Part shown: positions 29,840 through 42,915 of the stretch, in pieces
How positions within the stretch are numbered: position 1 is the stretch's first letter
Layout of the letters: every line of letters begins with the position of its first letter
NCBI GenBank assembly: GCA_951406725.2
Contig: OX597822.1
Location: 11,284,001-11,348,000 of the forward strand
Length of the DNA stretch: 64,000 nt
From: Octopus vulgaris
Taxonomy: Eukaryota
Reading direction: 5' to 3'
Notes under the pieces: model-generated
Database searches by the model: none
Seen by the model: only the letters and a program-made list of their open reading frames with translations
What the model was told of the DNA's origin: nothing
Translations under genes and position numbers: made by a program

Positions 29840-31744
29840 AAAGAGAAAGAGTGTGAGCCATGGCCGAAGGGTGCAAAATTTGTGTTCTTTCAACCGAGTC
29901 AAGACGTAGAACAAGACCTGATCAAGCAAAGAGAAATTAGGAACTGATGCATGACAACTATTTTAATAGTCTGGCATCGAAGTACATGTTTTATGAATGT
30001 AAGAATTACTGTTAGATATTTTGGGGCGGCTTTTATATTTGGGTTTGTGCTTACCTTAGTGCAACAGTACGGCCATGAGGTGAGCGTGGAGGACCTCCAT
30101 TTCCTGGTAACCCAGATAATCACAAGGCTATCTCTGGGTTGTACCTAAGAAAAGAGCGGAGGAAGAAATATTGAATCTGATAGGGAAGAAGGCCAGGTGG
30201 TACACGTTTGATAGTAAATACTATATGTAGGCCTTCTGCAAAGATCTGTTTTTGATTGAAGACAAAGGGAAATCGAAAAGAAGTGACAGGAGGATATGAG
30301 ATAGGATCAACGAAGCAGTTGGTGGAAAAAGATCTAAAAGCGGGTAAATCTAATATTGTACTAATAGGAGAGAAAAAGGGGAACACCAATGGACCCTAGA
30401 AGATGAATGGTTTTTGGAAACAGTAGCTTCAGTCCATTGACAATTAAACAAGAGCTGTTTAAGAGATGGCTTCAAAACTTGGACTAGTTCTGAGGACTCT
30501 ATGTACAGAAGATGATCAGAAAGTAACTGGATCGAAATAGTAAGAGCCATGATTTTAATTAGGCGGTGGATTTTCATCTCTTTGTAAGACGGTTGCCTTT
30601 GGCACTAAATTTATAACTATTTTCAATATTTTGCGTTTTTGCCACATTCGCCATTAATCCATTTGTAGGACACCTTCTTGGAAATTTAAGATCAATAACA
30701 ATACGTATTATTGTTGTGGTTATTTCGTGTTTGCAGTGGAATGTAGTATTTATAGAATTTAGAATGTCATTTCTCACGTATTACGTAATGAAATAAGCTG
30801 TATTCTTCGTTTTATATTCGGGACAACATAAGACATCGCTTCGAGAAATTGAACCTTTAATATTTTTTTCAGGTAGAAAAATGTCTGTCTTGAAAATTTT
30901 TGCCTATGTATATTTCCATCATAGTGTCCTTTGAAACTTTGTTCATATTTCAAAATAGCCACACTGCTGGTTGTAGGAAGAAACATACATCACAATGGTA
31001 CAATAACTTAAACACAATCTTTAGTGTTTCAAGAGTGTGACCAGATTAAAATCGATGTAACATAATATCTAAGCAAACAGATATTTTCAAGGACAAGCAT
31101 TAACTTAAAACAGTACAAAAAAGCAAAGGGCTCCAATCTTCAATATCTATGGAAGAAACTGTAAAATAGTGAAAGCTTCAGCAAGTGGCAGCAAATCCGC
31201 GTAACTTAAAAAAATCTTTAGAGAAATGTAGTTGTCTCTTGTGTTCCAAACACTAGAGAGAATTTTTACGTGACTAGAATGAAAAATTAGAAAGAACCCT
31301 GTCTCGTCTTGAGTAACATGATCAGAGCAGAACGCACAAATGCGTGAGTTAATTATTCAAATCCGAGGTTCAAGAGAGAGGTTAAGCAGAATCTGAGCAT
31401 TGCAGGGCTCTCTACAGGGTGGTACTACAACATATCTCGAGGAAAATCACAACGAAGAGATTCAAGACGTTGGTGATAACGTAACACATAGGGGTAGATG
31501 GTGGCGTGAATATGACCCGAGTTAAGATGCAGTCTGTAAGACACCCAGGTCCTGATACCTCTCAACCATATTACTAACTCAGAGTAAGCCCAATAGAGAG
31601 AACGTGAAGGTTTTCTTTTCAGTAGAGCTGGAAAGATAGTGAACGAGAGAAGAGAACAACAACAACAGCAACAGAGATGGTAACAACTAATGCAGTAAAG
31701 GGAGCCTGTTTCTAGCAAGAACCCTCGATAGAAACAGTTCTATA

Positions 31745-31835
31745 TTTAAGAGATGAGGAATTATGTACATTATTTACATTATTTACATTATTTATATTTG
31801 ACCAGTATTTGTCCTCATCTTGCTTGTTGTTAACA
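31745..31835 (-). mobile_element. Family B SINE 3' tail (inverted relative to the 32025 copy)
   Basis: rc of AACAACAAGCAAGATGAGGACAAATA...ATGTAAATAATGTACATAAT. Confidence 0.75.
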
Positions 31836-32024
31836 CCTCCCCCTGTGGGATGAAATTAAAATAATAAACAGAAAATACGAAAACTGAAAGAAGTAGCACA
31901 TATGCTAGGACACAACAACCTCCTAAGCAGACCGAGTGCAGATATGAGCAGCAAATGGGAACCGATATTTAGGAAGGATAGGAAAATATTAGATTTATAA
32001 GCCCTAAAGTTCACACCATAATTA

Positions 32025-32136
32025 CCCACGGGCATATGTCGTAGTGGTTAAGAGCGCGGTCTACTAACCCCATGATTCCGAGTTCATGGGGTTAGTAGCT
32101 CCATGATTCCGAGTTCGATTCCAGGCAGTGACCTTA

Positions 32137-32174
<38 letters not shown>

Positions 32175-32310
32175 CAACAACATCGAAAATGAGAACCCGG
32201 ATTTGAAATTTCCCCGAGACACCTGATGTATATCAGCCGAGACGTTGTGTTAACAATAAACAAGATGAGGACAAATATCCCTCAAATGTAAATAATGTAA
32301 ATAATGTACC
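32025..32310 (+). mobile_element. Family B SINE (HHR damaged by deletion)
   Basis: CCCACGGGCATATGTCGTAGTGGTTAAGAGCG head, (AAT)n, GACACCTGATG-TATATCAGCCGAGACGTTGTGTT. Confidence 0.85.
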
Positions 32311-32677
32311 CTCGCTGGAAACATTACAAATACTTCTTAATAAGAACACAGGAATTTTTCATACAGAGATAGATCTAGGAAATATGCGGGTATGGATATA
32401 CACAATTTCCATCAATTTTTAATGATGCCTGAACGATAAATGAGTAAAGGGGCGTAACCTGTTCGTTGTGGTGGTTCACCTATGAGTGCAAGATAATGGT
32501 GCGTTGTGTCCTTGTGCGAAACACTTCGGCTACGTTGTTCCATTGCGCTCAACTGTAAACGAGTGAGCCTGGTGTGTCGTTCAGGGAGGATGATGTGAAT
32601 TCGGTCACTTAAACGACATGGAAACCGAGCAACCGGCCCTAGGCGTCCCGGGACTTGAAAAGGTTATGTCAAAGGGT

Positions 32678-32901
32678 CTGATGATGATGATGATGACAAT
32701 AATGTTGATGATGATGACAATTATGCTGAGGACGATGACGATTATGATGATGATGGTAGTAAAGATGATGGTGATGATGGCAATGATGATGATGATGATA
32801 GTGATCATGCTGGTAATGAAGATGATGAAGGTGGTGATGATGATGCTGATGCTGATGATGATGATGATGACGATGATGATGATGATAATGATGATGATGA
32901 C

Positions 32902-32955
<54 letters not shown>

Positions 32956-33017
32956 AATGATGATGATGACGATGATGATGATGATGATGATAATGATGAT
33001 GATGATGATGATGGTGG

Positions 33018-33051
<34 letters not shown>
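32678..33051. repeat. (GAT)n microsatellite
   Basis: Direct. Confidence 0.95.
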
Positions 33052-33052
<1 letters not shown>

Positions 33053-33825
33053 CATAAATGACAGAAATAAACCTGGTCAGGACTGAAAATAGATAGTATC
33101 TGGCCGTACCACAAAAATCGTTCAGTCCGATGATCTACCGATTCTATCAGGCAAAGCTGATGTCTTCGGTTGCTGAGAGATTGCTGAGATTTGCCAATTC
33201 CTTATATTTTTGGCTGTCATGGAATTTTACTTTTAAAGGATTAACGAATATTAATTACGTTTTCGTGATATTTCTCTGGAGGGAGAAAAAAAACTCCAGA
33301 AAATAAAAAGGAATTTTGCTTATCATGGAAAAACAGGAATGGAATAATGGTATAGCGGGCACTCTCACACACACACACACACACACAATCACTCATTCGC
33401 TAACTCACGCCCACACACATAATCACTCACACACTCATACACACACTCACACCCACTCGCACACACACTCACTCACACACACACACACACACGCTCGCAC
33501 ACACACACACATCACACACACACACACGCACGCACACACACACACATTCACTCACTCGCATACACACACACGCACACACACGAACACGCGCGTAGACACC
33601 GCACATACGTACATACCCACACTCTCTGTCTGTCACTCACACACACACATATATCGGCGTAGGAGTGTCTGAGTGGTAAGTTTGTTTGCCAACCACATGG
33701 TCCTGTGTTCTGTCCCATTGCTTGTAACCTTGGGCAAGTATCTACTACTAGAGCTTCGACCAAATCCTTGTGACTGAATTTGGTTGACAGAAATTAAAAG
33801 AAGCCCGTCGCGTGTACATATGCAT

Positions 33826-33862
<37 letters not shown>

Positions 33863-33871
33863 CAAAACAAT

Positions 33872-34379
33872 ATTTTTTTCGAAAGAAATTTTATCCTCAT
33901 TAAATATAAATTTAAGCGTTCACTTCCGGACTATCTCACTCTGTGAGAGCCTCAATTGAAATCGCACGTGTCTTGAATGGGCTGGAGTATTTCTATTTTG
34001 GATGTATTTGGGGTACTTAGTTGTGCTCATGACTTAGTATTTGCTTCATCCATGGGTACGAGTAAGTATCTCATTTATTTCTTCTGCCACATGTATCACT
34101 GACGAAGAGAGGGCTCTTAGTAGCTAACTCTGAAATCGGTCCGATATGGTAATAATGGAATTTTTTAGAAATTTCTGTCGACCTTTTTTCGAGTAGCGTG
34201 CGTTTTGTGAAAAAATTATATGGCTAATGGACAATATGTCCAATTTTTCGGCATATTTGGCATTAGAAATTTTTTCGTTTGCCCTCATTTATGAATTGTT
34301 TATAAATTTAACCTTTAAAGGTATTTTTTGATATGCTGGCCATTGATAAAATTTTTTTCGAAAGAAATTTTATCCTCAT

Positions 34380-34387
<8 letters not shown>
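33872..34387 (+). mobile_element. Terminally redundant 479-bp HHR element (retrozyme/pLTR-like) in (TA)n
   Basis: ~36-bp direct repeat ATTTTTTTCGAAAGAAATTTTATCCTCATTAAATATA at both ends (offset 479); same tail at 21262-21345. Confidence 0.75.
34094..34147 (+). ncRNA. Minimal hammerhead motif
   Basis: TATCA CTGACGA AGAG...CTCT GAAA TCGG TC CGATA. Confidence 0.7.
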
Positions 34388-34454
<67 letters not shown>

Positions 34455-34530
34455 GCAGCGTGGAAGGTGTTTGTAAGCCATTTAAGAAACAAACAAAAGC
34501 CGTTCGATTCACTTTAACATTTAAGTTTAA

Positions 34531-34580
34531 TTTGTCAAAATATTTTCGTCGCTAACATCCGCGACCTGTTCACTGACAAA
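34531..34580 (-). ncRNA. Minimal hammerhead, G3-C8 covariant core
   Basis: rc: TTTGTCA GTGAACA G GTCGC...GCGAC GAAA ATAT TT TGACAAA. Confidence 0.8.
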
Positions 34581-34603
34581 AAATCCGTGCTGCATCACGG
34601 ATT

Positions 34604-34654
34604 TTTGTCACTGAACAGGTCGCGGTCTTATAGCGACGAAAATATTTTGACAAA
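34604..34654 (+). ncRNA. Minimal hammerhead, C3/C8 mismatched copy
   Basis: TTTGTCA CTGAACA G GTCGC ggtcttata GCGAC GAAA ATAT TT TGACAAA. Confidence 0.7.
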
Positions 34655-34727
34655 TTAAACTTAAATGTTGAAGTGAATCGAACGGCTTTTGTGTGTTTCT
34701 TAAATGGCTTACAAACACCTTCCACGC

Positions 34728-34797
<70 letters not shown>

Positions 34798-36198
34798 TAG
34801 TTTTTTTATGACAACCTCACGTGTATAGCTCACGCACAAAGAACCCATGTACGTTCTTCAGGGGGCAACCATACCATCGGACTTAAGCAGTTTAACTACA
34901 GGACCAAATTTAAAAACGGGGCAAAATAAACCCAATATTGGAAGGGATTATGTGGAAGATACCATTAGGCAGAATGTAAATCTCAAGATGCGACGATCGA
35001 ATGGTGCAAAATCGACATTTACAAGGTTTTTCTCATCTTGGGGTTTGTCGGATTCGGGTGGCATAGTGGCTGTTATGTTCCGAAATCTTTGAATCTTGAA
35101 ATACGAGCATTGTTCCTAGATCTGAGTGGTATGTTGATGGTTCTGAACATGAACGGTAGAGGTGGTGCTTTTAGATATATCATTATAATTATTACTATTA
35201 TTATTATCACACAACCCTCTATCAGTCGGGCAATGGGATCGGTGGATGTTCCACTTTAGAAATTTATAGAGGATTAGTGGCGGGGAAGTGCGACGACGTT
35301 CTCGTGGAAACTCTGAGTGCCGGCGAGAACGAAAAGGCTTGTCGGCTCCGAAGGATTTTCCAGTCAGGAACTATCATGGATAATTTCCAGATGCCCTTAG
35401 CCTGGCAGTCCTACAGGGAGGCGCTACCGGATGTGCTGTCAGACGGTCTTGTTGGAGGGGCGTGTAGAGTGACGAAACCGTTCTGCACGCCTTCGTTCTG
35501 TTTCCAGGCATTGCTGACTTGTGGGGTTATGTCAAACAGCTGCTGTTAAGTGTGGGACGGATCCATCTGACAGCCGAGGCTTTAGTGATGATCGTACCGC
35601 CGCCCACGTTCAATCGGCCAGGCAAGGCAGTTTTCATTTGACTGGTGGCTGTGGCGAAAGGGGTTGTCTGGTGGACAAGGCTTAAAGGCATGAGGACAGA
35701 TACATTCCTCTTTGTTTGAGTTCTCATTGACATCAAATTTCACTTGAAAAGGAAATTGAGGGTGGAGAGGGAAGTAATGACCTCGAGTGAGTTTATCGTA
35801 AGGTGGGGGCAAGTTGCGAAAACGGCAAGAGTGGATGGTAGCTCTCTAAGTAGAGACCTGTGAGTTGGAGGGAAGGAATTGGGGAGGGCACTTGTTCTTG
35901 GGGTTTCAGGGAAATTTCGAACAGTAGGGTTCCTCGATGATCCCTAGTGGCCTTCTTGTATCAGGAGGGCCACATCTCTATCATCTTCTCCCCATTTTTT
36001 TACTACGTTTATTATTATTATTTTTAAACCTTTGTATGCTATGCGCATGTCACTTATTTTCCAGTGTATACTTTTTTTGTATCATTTTTTTAAACATTTC
36101 ATTATATGTAAACCTCAACACTGCCTTTGTATTGTCCCCTCATCCTTCGCCATTGTGGCAAATAAACGAAATCATCATCATCATCACCATAATCATCC

Positions 36199-36230
<32 letters not shown>

Positions 36231-36346
36231 CTTCTTCTTCTTCTTCTTCTTCTTCTTCTTCTTCTTGTATGAATGGTTCTCGCGGGGCGCGAAACATCTA
36301 CCTGGTCATACTCTTTTGTATCACTAGTCATGCAGTTACCATATTT

Positions 36347-36433
<87 letters not shown>

Positions 36434-37179
36434 CCCGTATACATACATACACACATTCATATTCTATTATTCTTTCCATGCATCATTTTTGGCTAACGAC
36501 GAATTCCGTCTAAAATTCAGTGAGGAATAGAATTGGCAGATTATGCTTGCACCAGAATAATATCCTATTATACTCTACAATAGAATAGAACAGAACAGAA
36601 TACATACTCAATATTAGCAGAAATCGGGGTATTGTCGTATGCAGCAGCCTGGTAAATACATTGATATTTGTTTTCTAAAACATGATATACAATCGTTAAA
36701 TATAAAAAGAAAATATATTACAGATATAGTAGAGATGGGTAAGAGCAGGTAATTGAATCTGCAGCGTTATGTATACACAATTGATCTCTGTAGATTTCTG
36801 GTTCAGAGTTCTTTGAGGGTGTCTACAATCTGCGTGTAATATATCATATCAAATTCTATATGAATACATATTTACACACTCTAGCATGTATATAAGTATA
36901 TAAACATGCATAAATACATTCATATATATATATATATATATACATATGTATATATATATGTATGTATATACACATACGTGCATACATTTATTTATATGGC
37001 ACATGTGTGTATATCTGGGGAAGACAGGGGTGAAGTCTGTACTAACAGGAATTCTACAGAGAAATTCATGAGTTTAGATAGATTTATATGCCAAAGGGAG
37101 ACGAGTGCTATGATGTTTTGGGTCTAACGAAGTGTCGTTCTTAACAAGAGGTCAAATTCAGTTTATATATATACAGAAT

Positions 37180-37465
<286 letters not shown>

Positions 37466-37884
37466 CTTAAACATACTTTGTAAATTTGACTTTACTGTTT
37501 TCAGCCTGAGGTTGAGTCCATGCTAGGTCATCGCCTTTAGTATGACGAGGTTTTTGTTTCCCGTTCACATCCGGGTTTCCCTTTGGAATTGTTTCTGGTG
37601 AAATTGCTAGTTGGACAGAGCTGCTCTTGCTTGTGTTTCCTGTGTTACAAGGTGAATTCATCTGGTATCTCAATGATGGCTTAGCAGGCCGAAACTTCCA
37701 AATCACATATACATGTACACAAGATGCGGCTGAAAGATTGCTCCGATTTCAAAGGTTAATTAAAAAAACAAACACACGAAAATACAAGGAGAAAAAAAAA
37801 CCGATACTCTCCACTCCAGGGTATGAAACCGAAAAAATGGCTTTTAATGAACTTCGTAGAAATACAAAGTTTCTTCAGGCATTT

Positions 37885-38275
37885 ACTCTCTTACTCTTTT
37901 ACTTGTTTCAGTCATTTGACTGCGGCCATGCTGGAGCACCGCCCTTAATCGAGCAAATCGACCCCGGGACTTATTCTTTGTAAGCCCAGTACTTATTCTA
38001 TCGGTCTCTTTTGCCGAACCGCTAAGTGACGTGGACGTAAACACACCAGCATCGGTTGTCAAGCAATGCTAGGGGGACAAACACATACACACACACACAT
38101 ATAAATATATATACATATATACGACGGGCTTCTTTCAGTTTCCGTCTACCAAATCCCCTCACAAGGCATTGGTCGGCCCGGGGCTATAGCAGAAGACACT
38201 TGCCCAAGATGCCACGCAGTGGGACTGAACCCGGAACCATGTGGTTGGTAAACAAGCTACTTACCACACAGCCAC
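37885..38275 (-). mobile_element. SINE family A
   Basis: rc of 46813-47214. Confidence 0.9.
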
Positions 38276-39100
38276 TTTTTTTTTTATTAAACTTTGAAAT
38301 CGGGTCAACCTTTCTGCTGCAGCCTATATATAATCGTGTGTGTGTATGCACACACATGCATACACACGAATATACACATATAAGCGGCATAAGAGAATTA
38401 TTCACACGTCTTATATGTACTTCCAAAACAACAACAACAACAACAAAAACGAATGAATGCAAATGCGGGGAGACGATGCTGGAGTGTTTCCTTTAGAAGT
38501 GCAGGTCTAGGCAGATATAATAAGGAGGGTAGCAGTTGCCCATGCATCAAATCTTCGCACTCCACTTCCTTAACGTTGTTCAATGGTAAATAGAGATTGG
38601 CCCCAGGGTTGTGACAGGAATTGCCAGAATAAATATTGAAAGCAAAGTTGGAATTCCTTAGGGACCTCAGTTTCATTTATTTTCTCAGAGTTTAGTGCCG
38701 AAGCATTTCACATGGATAATATTACCCCAAGGTAGTAATGGTTTGAAGTCAGAGTTTTAAATGAATTACCTTCTTAGTTGATGAGTTCTCTATACCTAAA
38801 ACATTGCTTTTAAAACGCAGACATACGTCTTTGTAACTTGTAGTGGCCAATGCAAACAATCTCCCCTCTCTACGCCCCTCATGTCCAAGGGAAGGACAAG
38901 GACCAGTAAAGAATAGCACTAGCGCTGTCACAGAATGTAGAGCAACGTTGAAGACAACGCTGAACTGCCTTGGGGACTACAACACCGGATAATTTCGCAG
39001 GGTTTATTCCGTAGCCTTTCTCATCGAAGACAGAGTTTACCCTGTTTTAGATGAACTACCTTTTTTGCTTCAAAGGGAGTCAGTGTACGTAAAACATTGG

Positions 39101-39251
39101 TTTTAAGGCGCTAAGCACTCGCATTCACCTCTTTCATCAGTACAAACAGCTCGCCATCTTTGCAATAAGGTAAACGACTAAATTTGATTTACGTATGTAC
39201 CAATTTGTCTATGTATTTATATTTGTATTTATGCGTATATATACATATATA

Positions 39252-39317
<66 letters not shown>

Positions 39318-39737
39318 TTTTTTTTTTTTTTTTGTACTTGTTTCAGTCATTTGACTGCGGCCATGCTGGAGCACCGCCTTTTGAGTACAGCAGGGATCAC
39401 CACTAAATCAAATTTAGTCGTTTACCTTATTGCAAAGATGGCGAGCTGTTTGTACTGATGAAAGAGGTGAATGCGAGTGCTTAGCGCCTTAAAATAAACA
39501 CACACAACGCCCGGTCTGGGAATCGAAACCGCGATCCTCCGACCGCAAGTCCGCTGCCCTAACCACTAGGCCATTGCGCCTCCACGTATACATATATATA
39601 TATATGATATATATATATCTACATCTCTCTATATATATATCTACATCTCTCTATATATATAATGCGCATACACATTATGTGTCTAACTCTTTACGTATGT
39701 ACCAATTTGTCTATGTATTTATATTTGTATTTATGCG

Positions 39738-39802
<65 letters not shown>

Positions 39803-40112
39803 ATGTGTATTCTTTTTTTTTTTTTTTTTGTACTTGTTTCAGTCATTTGACTGCGGCCATGCTGGAGCACCGCCTTTTGAGTACAGCAGGGATCACCACC
39901 TCCTGCCGGAGCCTCGTGGAGCTTTTAGGTGTTTTCGCTCAATAAACACACACAACGCCCGGTCTGGGAATCGAAACCGCGATCCTCCGACCGCAAGTCC
40001 GCTGCCCTAACCACTAGGCCATTGCGCCTCCACGTATACATATATATATATATGATATATATATATCTACATCTCTCTATATATATAATGAGCATACACA
40101 TTATGTGTCTAA

Positions 40113-40116
<4 letters not shown>
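39101..40116. repeat. Tandem duplication (39189-39690 / 39691-40116) with a 91-bp inverted copy of the left flank (39101-39191 / 39404-39494); includes SINE A tail and family C head
   Basis: Exact matches visible. Confidence 0.85.
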
Positions 40117-40198
<82 letters not shown>

Positions 40199-40503
40199 GC
40201 ATTTATGTCTATGTTTATGTGTGTGTGTGTGTATGTGTTTGTGTGTATTTATTGCATAAAACGTGTGCATGTCTATTTAAATGCGTATTTAGTTGTTTCC
40301 GTATGCGAGAATGTACGTAAATAGAGAGAACATAACAAATGTTAACTCGTAGTTGTGAAGGTCTTTTTCGTGGTGCCTCGTTTGGTGTGTAATTTTGTGG
40401 TGTATGTAAGAGTGAGAGAATAAGAACGACCGAGAAAAAAAAATGGACCGATAATGGCGGTAAAGAGACAAAGCTATCATCACACGATGAGCATCACACA
40501 CAC

Positions 40504-40560
<57 letters not shown>

Positions 40561-40562
<2 letters not shown>

Positions 40563-40745
40563 AATTAAGGACTGAACACGAAAAAGTAGACAGTCAACAT
40601 GCTAGATATAGACGTCAAATCGCCATTCTCCACAAAAGATTATGTTCTCAGATCAAGAGAACATAATCTATTGTGGAGAATGGCGATGTGACGTCTATAT
40701 CTAGCATGTTGACTGTCTACTCTTTCGTGTTCAGTCCTTAATTGG
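40561..40745. repeat. Palindrome, 89-bp arms, 7-nt loop, TA-flanked
   Basis: 40561-40649 / 40657-40745 with 3 mismatches. Confidence 0.9.
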
Positions 40746-41055
40746 TATATATAAATATTTAATCTTCGGATTCTTTTTTAATATGCTAGACCACAGGTTT
40801 TAATTGATAAATATTGATTTCTACCCTTAATTAATTTTATATATATATATATATATGTAGCTAGCTAGCTAGATAGCTATAGACGTCAAAATAGGTTTCG
40901 GTACTATTTTATTTGAACGCGTATTAATTACATGAGTCACCTTTGCCTTCCATATTGTTGTCTCCTCCTCTTACTTCCATTTTTTCTCTTTCGCTCCCTC
41001 ACATATGAAAGTAAATTTACTTTCCATGTTGGGAGCTATAAAAGCACACACACAT

Positions 41056-41086
<31 letters not shown>

Positions 41087-41149
41087 CACACACACATACA
41101 CACACACATAAATACATTCATACATACATATATTTATACGTCTTTTATC

Positions 41150-41500
41150 TTTTATTGTTTTCAAACATTAGACACCGGCCATGCTGGGGCACCGCCCTGA
41201 AAATTCTTCAGTCGAATGAATCGAGCCTAGCTCTTGTTTTTCAAGCCTGACATTTATTCTATCGGTCCAATTTACTGGACCGCTATGTTACAAGACATAA
41301 ACACACCAGCACCGGTTGTCAAACGGTAGTGTTGGAGAAACACAGATAAAAAAACACATACACATATATACACACAGACTCATACACACACACACTCATA
41401 TATACATATACATACAACACGCTTCTTTCAGTTTCCGTCTATCAAATTCACTTACTCGGTATGGCTGGGCCCGAGGCTATAGAAAATGACATTTCTCCAA
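41150..41500 (-). mobile_element. Diverged SINE family A
   Basis: CGGCCATGCTGGGGCACCGCC...CTTTCAGTTTCCGTCTA. Confidence 0.75.
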
Positions 41501-42119
41501 TAAAAAATGTAAATTTTTAATTATTTTCTGAGATTTTACAAAGACAACAATAATCTTGTAGTTGCGTAGCAGACTTCTGGCGTATTCGCCCGTTTCTCAC
41601 CTGCCATCAATATGCATTGTTTTAATCAAGAATAGGTGACAGCACGAATTGTAATTCCTTTCTATAGAAATAACCCTTAGAATTAATCCTAAACATAAGT
41701 AAAATGTTGTTAGGAAACGTATCACGATCCTCCACAGTTTCTAGCTCTGATGGAACCTGGAAGTGCTAATTTTATCGTCCTTTTTCTCTCATATGTACTG
41801 AGGAGAGCGACAGCATAGCTGCGGCCGGTGACCGCTAAGTGTTGTATGCCATTAGCCACAAATAATAATCTCTAATTCGAGCCTACTCTAAGCTACTAAG
41901 AATGGGTGTGGCAACTTCAAACCCCCCCCACCACCACCACACGCGATATACTGGCGGTTGCACGGGCGCGAAAGCTACGTTGTTATCCTCATTCCGTAAA
42001 TGGCTTTTAACGAGTGGAGAACTGAAACATCCTGGGGTACAGAGGATTCGCAATCTAGACTAGGGTCTGAAAGTTTACCACACCATATTGTGTTACTCAA
42101 TGGTTTCTCTGCTTTGTGG

Positions 42120-42313
42120 CAGAAGTAGGAAGAAAGAGTGAGAGAAAGTTGCGGTGAAAGAGTACAGCGGGGTTCACTACCACCCACAAAGGAGCCTCGT
42201 GGAGCTTATGTGTTTTTGCTCAATAAACACTCACAATGCCCGGTCTGGGAATCGAAACCGCGTTCTTACAACCGCGAGTCCGCTGCCCTAACCACTAGGC
42301 CATTGCGCCTCCA
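42120..42313 (-). mobile_element. tRNA-derived SINE family C (OR-like), 5' part
   Basis: rc head TGGAGGCGCAATGGCCTAGTGGTTAGGGCAGCGGACTCGCGG...GGTTTCGATTCCCAGACC. Confidence 0.8.
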
Positions 42314-42876
42314 CTGCTGTTGTTGCTGCTTTTGTTGTTGTTGTTGTTACTGTTGCTTTCCCTACTGATACTTCTGTTAATGTTTTTAATTACTTCTGCG
42401 TCTGTAATATTGATATTGCTAGTCTGAGATGACTGCGAGAAGCAGTTTGTCTTTAACAAACCTCAGCTTCCTTGTTGATCTCTGCTGGCAAGGACGAAGC
42501 CATTTTGAAAACTTTTGTATGCATCGGAAGATATTTATTTCTTTTAAAGTTTTGCCTCGTAAGGCAAAAGAAACGACTGATCAGGCCCTTGTGATCCTGA
42601 ATTGTGTGAATTCAGAAAAAAGGGAGGACAATTAAATCTACAAAGACAAATCTCTCTAAGAAAAAAAAAAGGTAAGCAAGACACAGACTCGGAGTTTGTC
42701 CAACTTAGGCTATAAACAAAATAATCTCAACAGCAGCATCAACAACAACAGCAAACAAACATACAAACAACAAACAACTACAACAACAATAAAAATAAAA
42801 CTAGCGACAATGATGATAATGATAATAAAAACAAGAGCAGCAGAGCAACAACAACAATAACGACGATGACGACGAC

Positions 42877-42915
<39 letters not shown>

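Larger units (their letters stand above)
34454..34731. mobile_element. Palindromic HHR element (two inverted pLTR fragments) between (TA)n tracts
   Basis: Arms of ~135 bp meeting at CCGTG-ctgcat-CACGG (~34592). Confidence 0.9.

Noticed and set aside
35000-35950. GC-richer segment possibly a decayed PLE RT on the minus strand
   Set aside because: Only vague motif resemblance (GGTII, PIPLP); not supportable by eye
37660-37705. ...ATGATGGCTTAGCAGGCCGAAAC hammerhead remnant
   Set aside because: Core and stem I too degraded to call
39445-39494. CTGATGAAAG as a hammerhead
   Set aside because: No downstream GAAA-helix III-UH with a matching stem I
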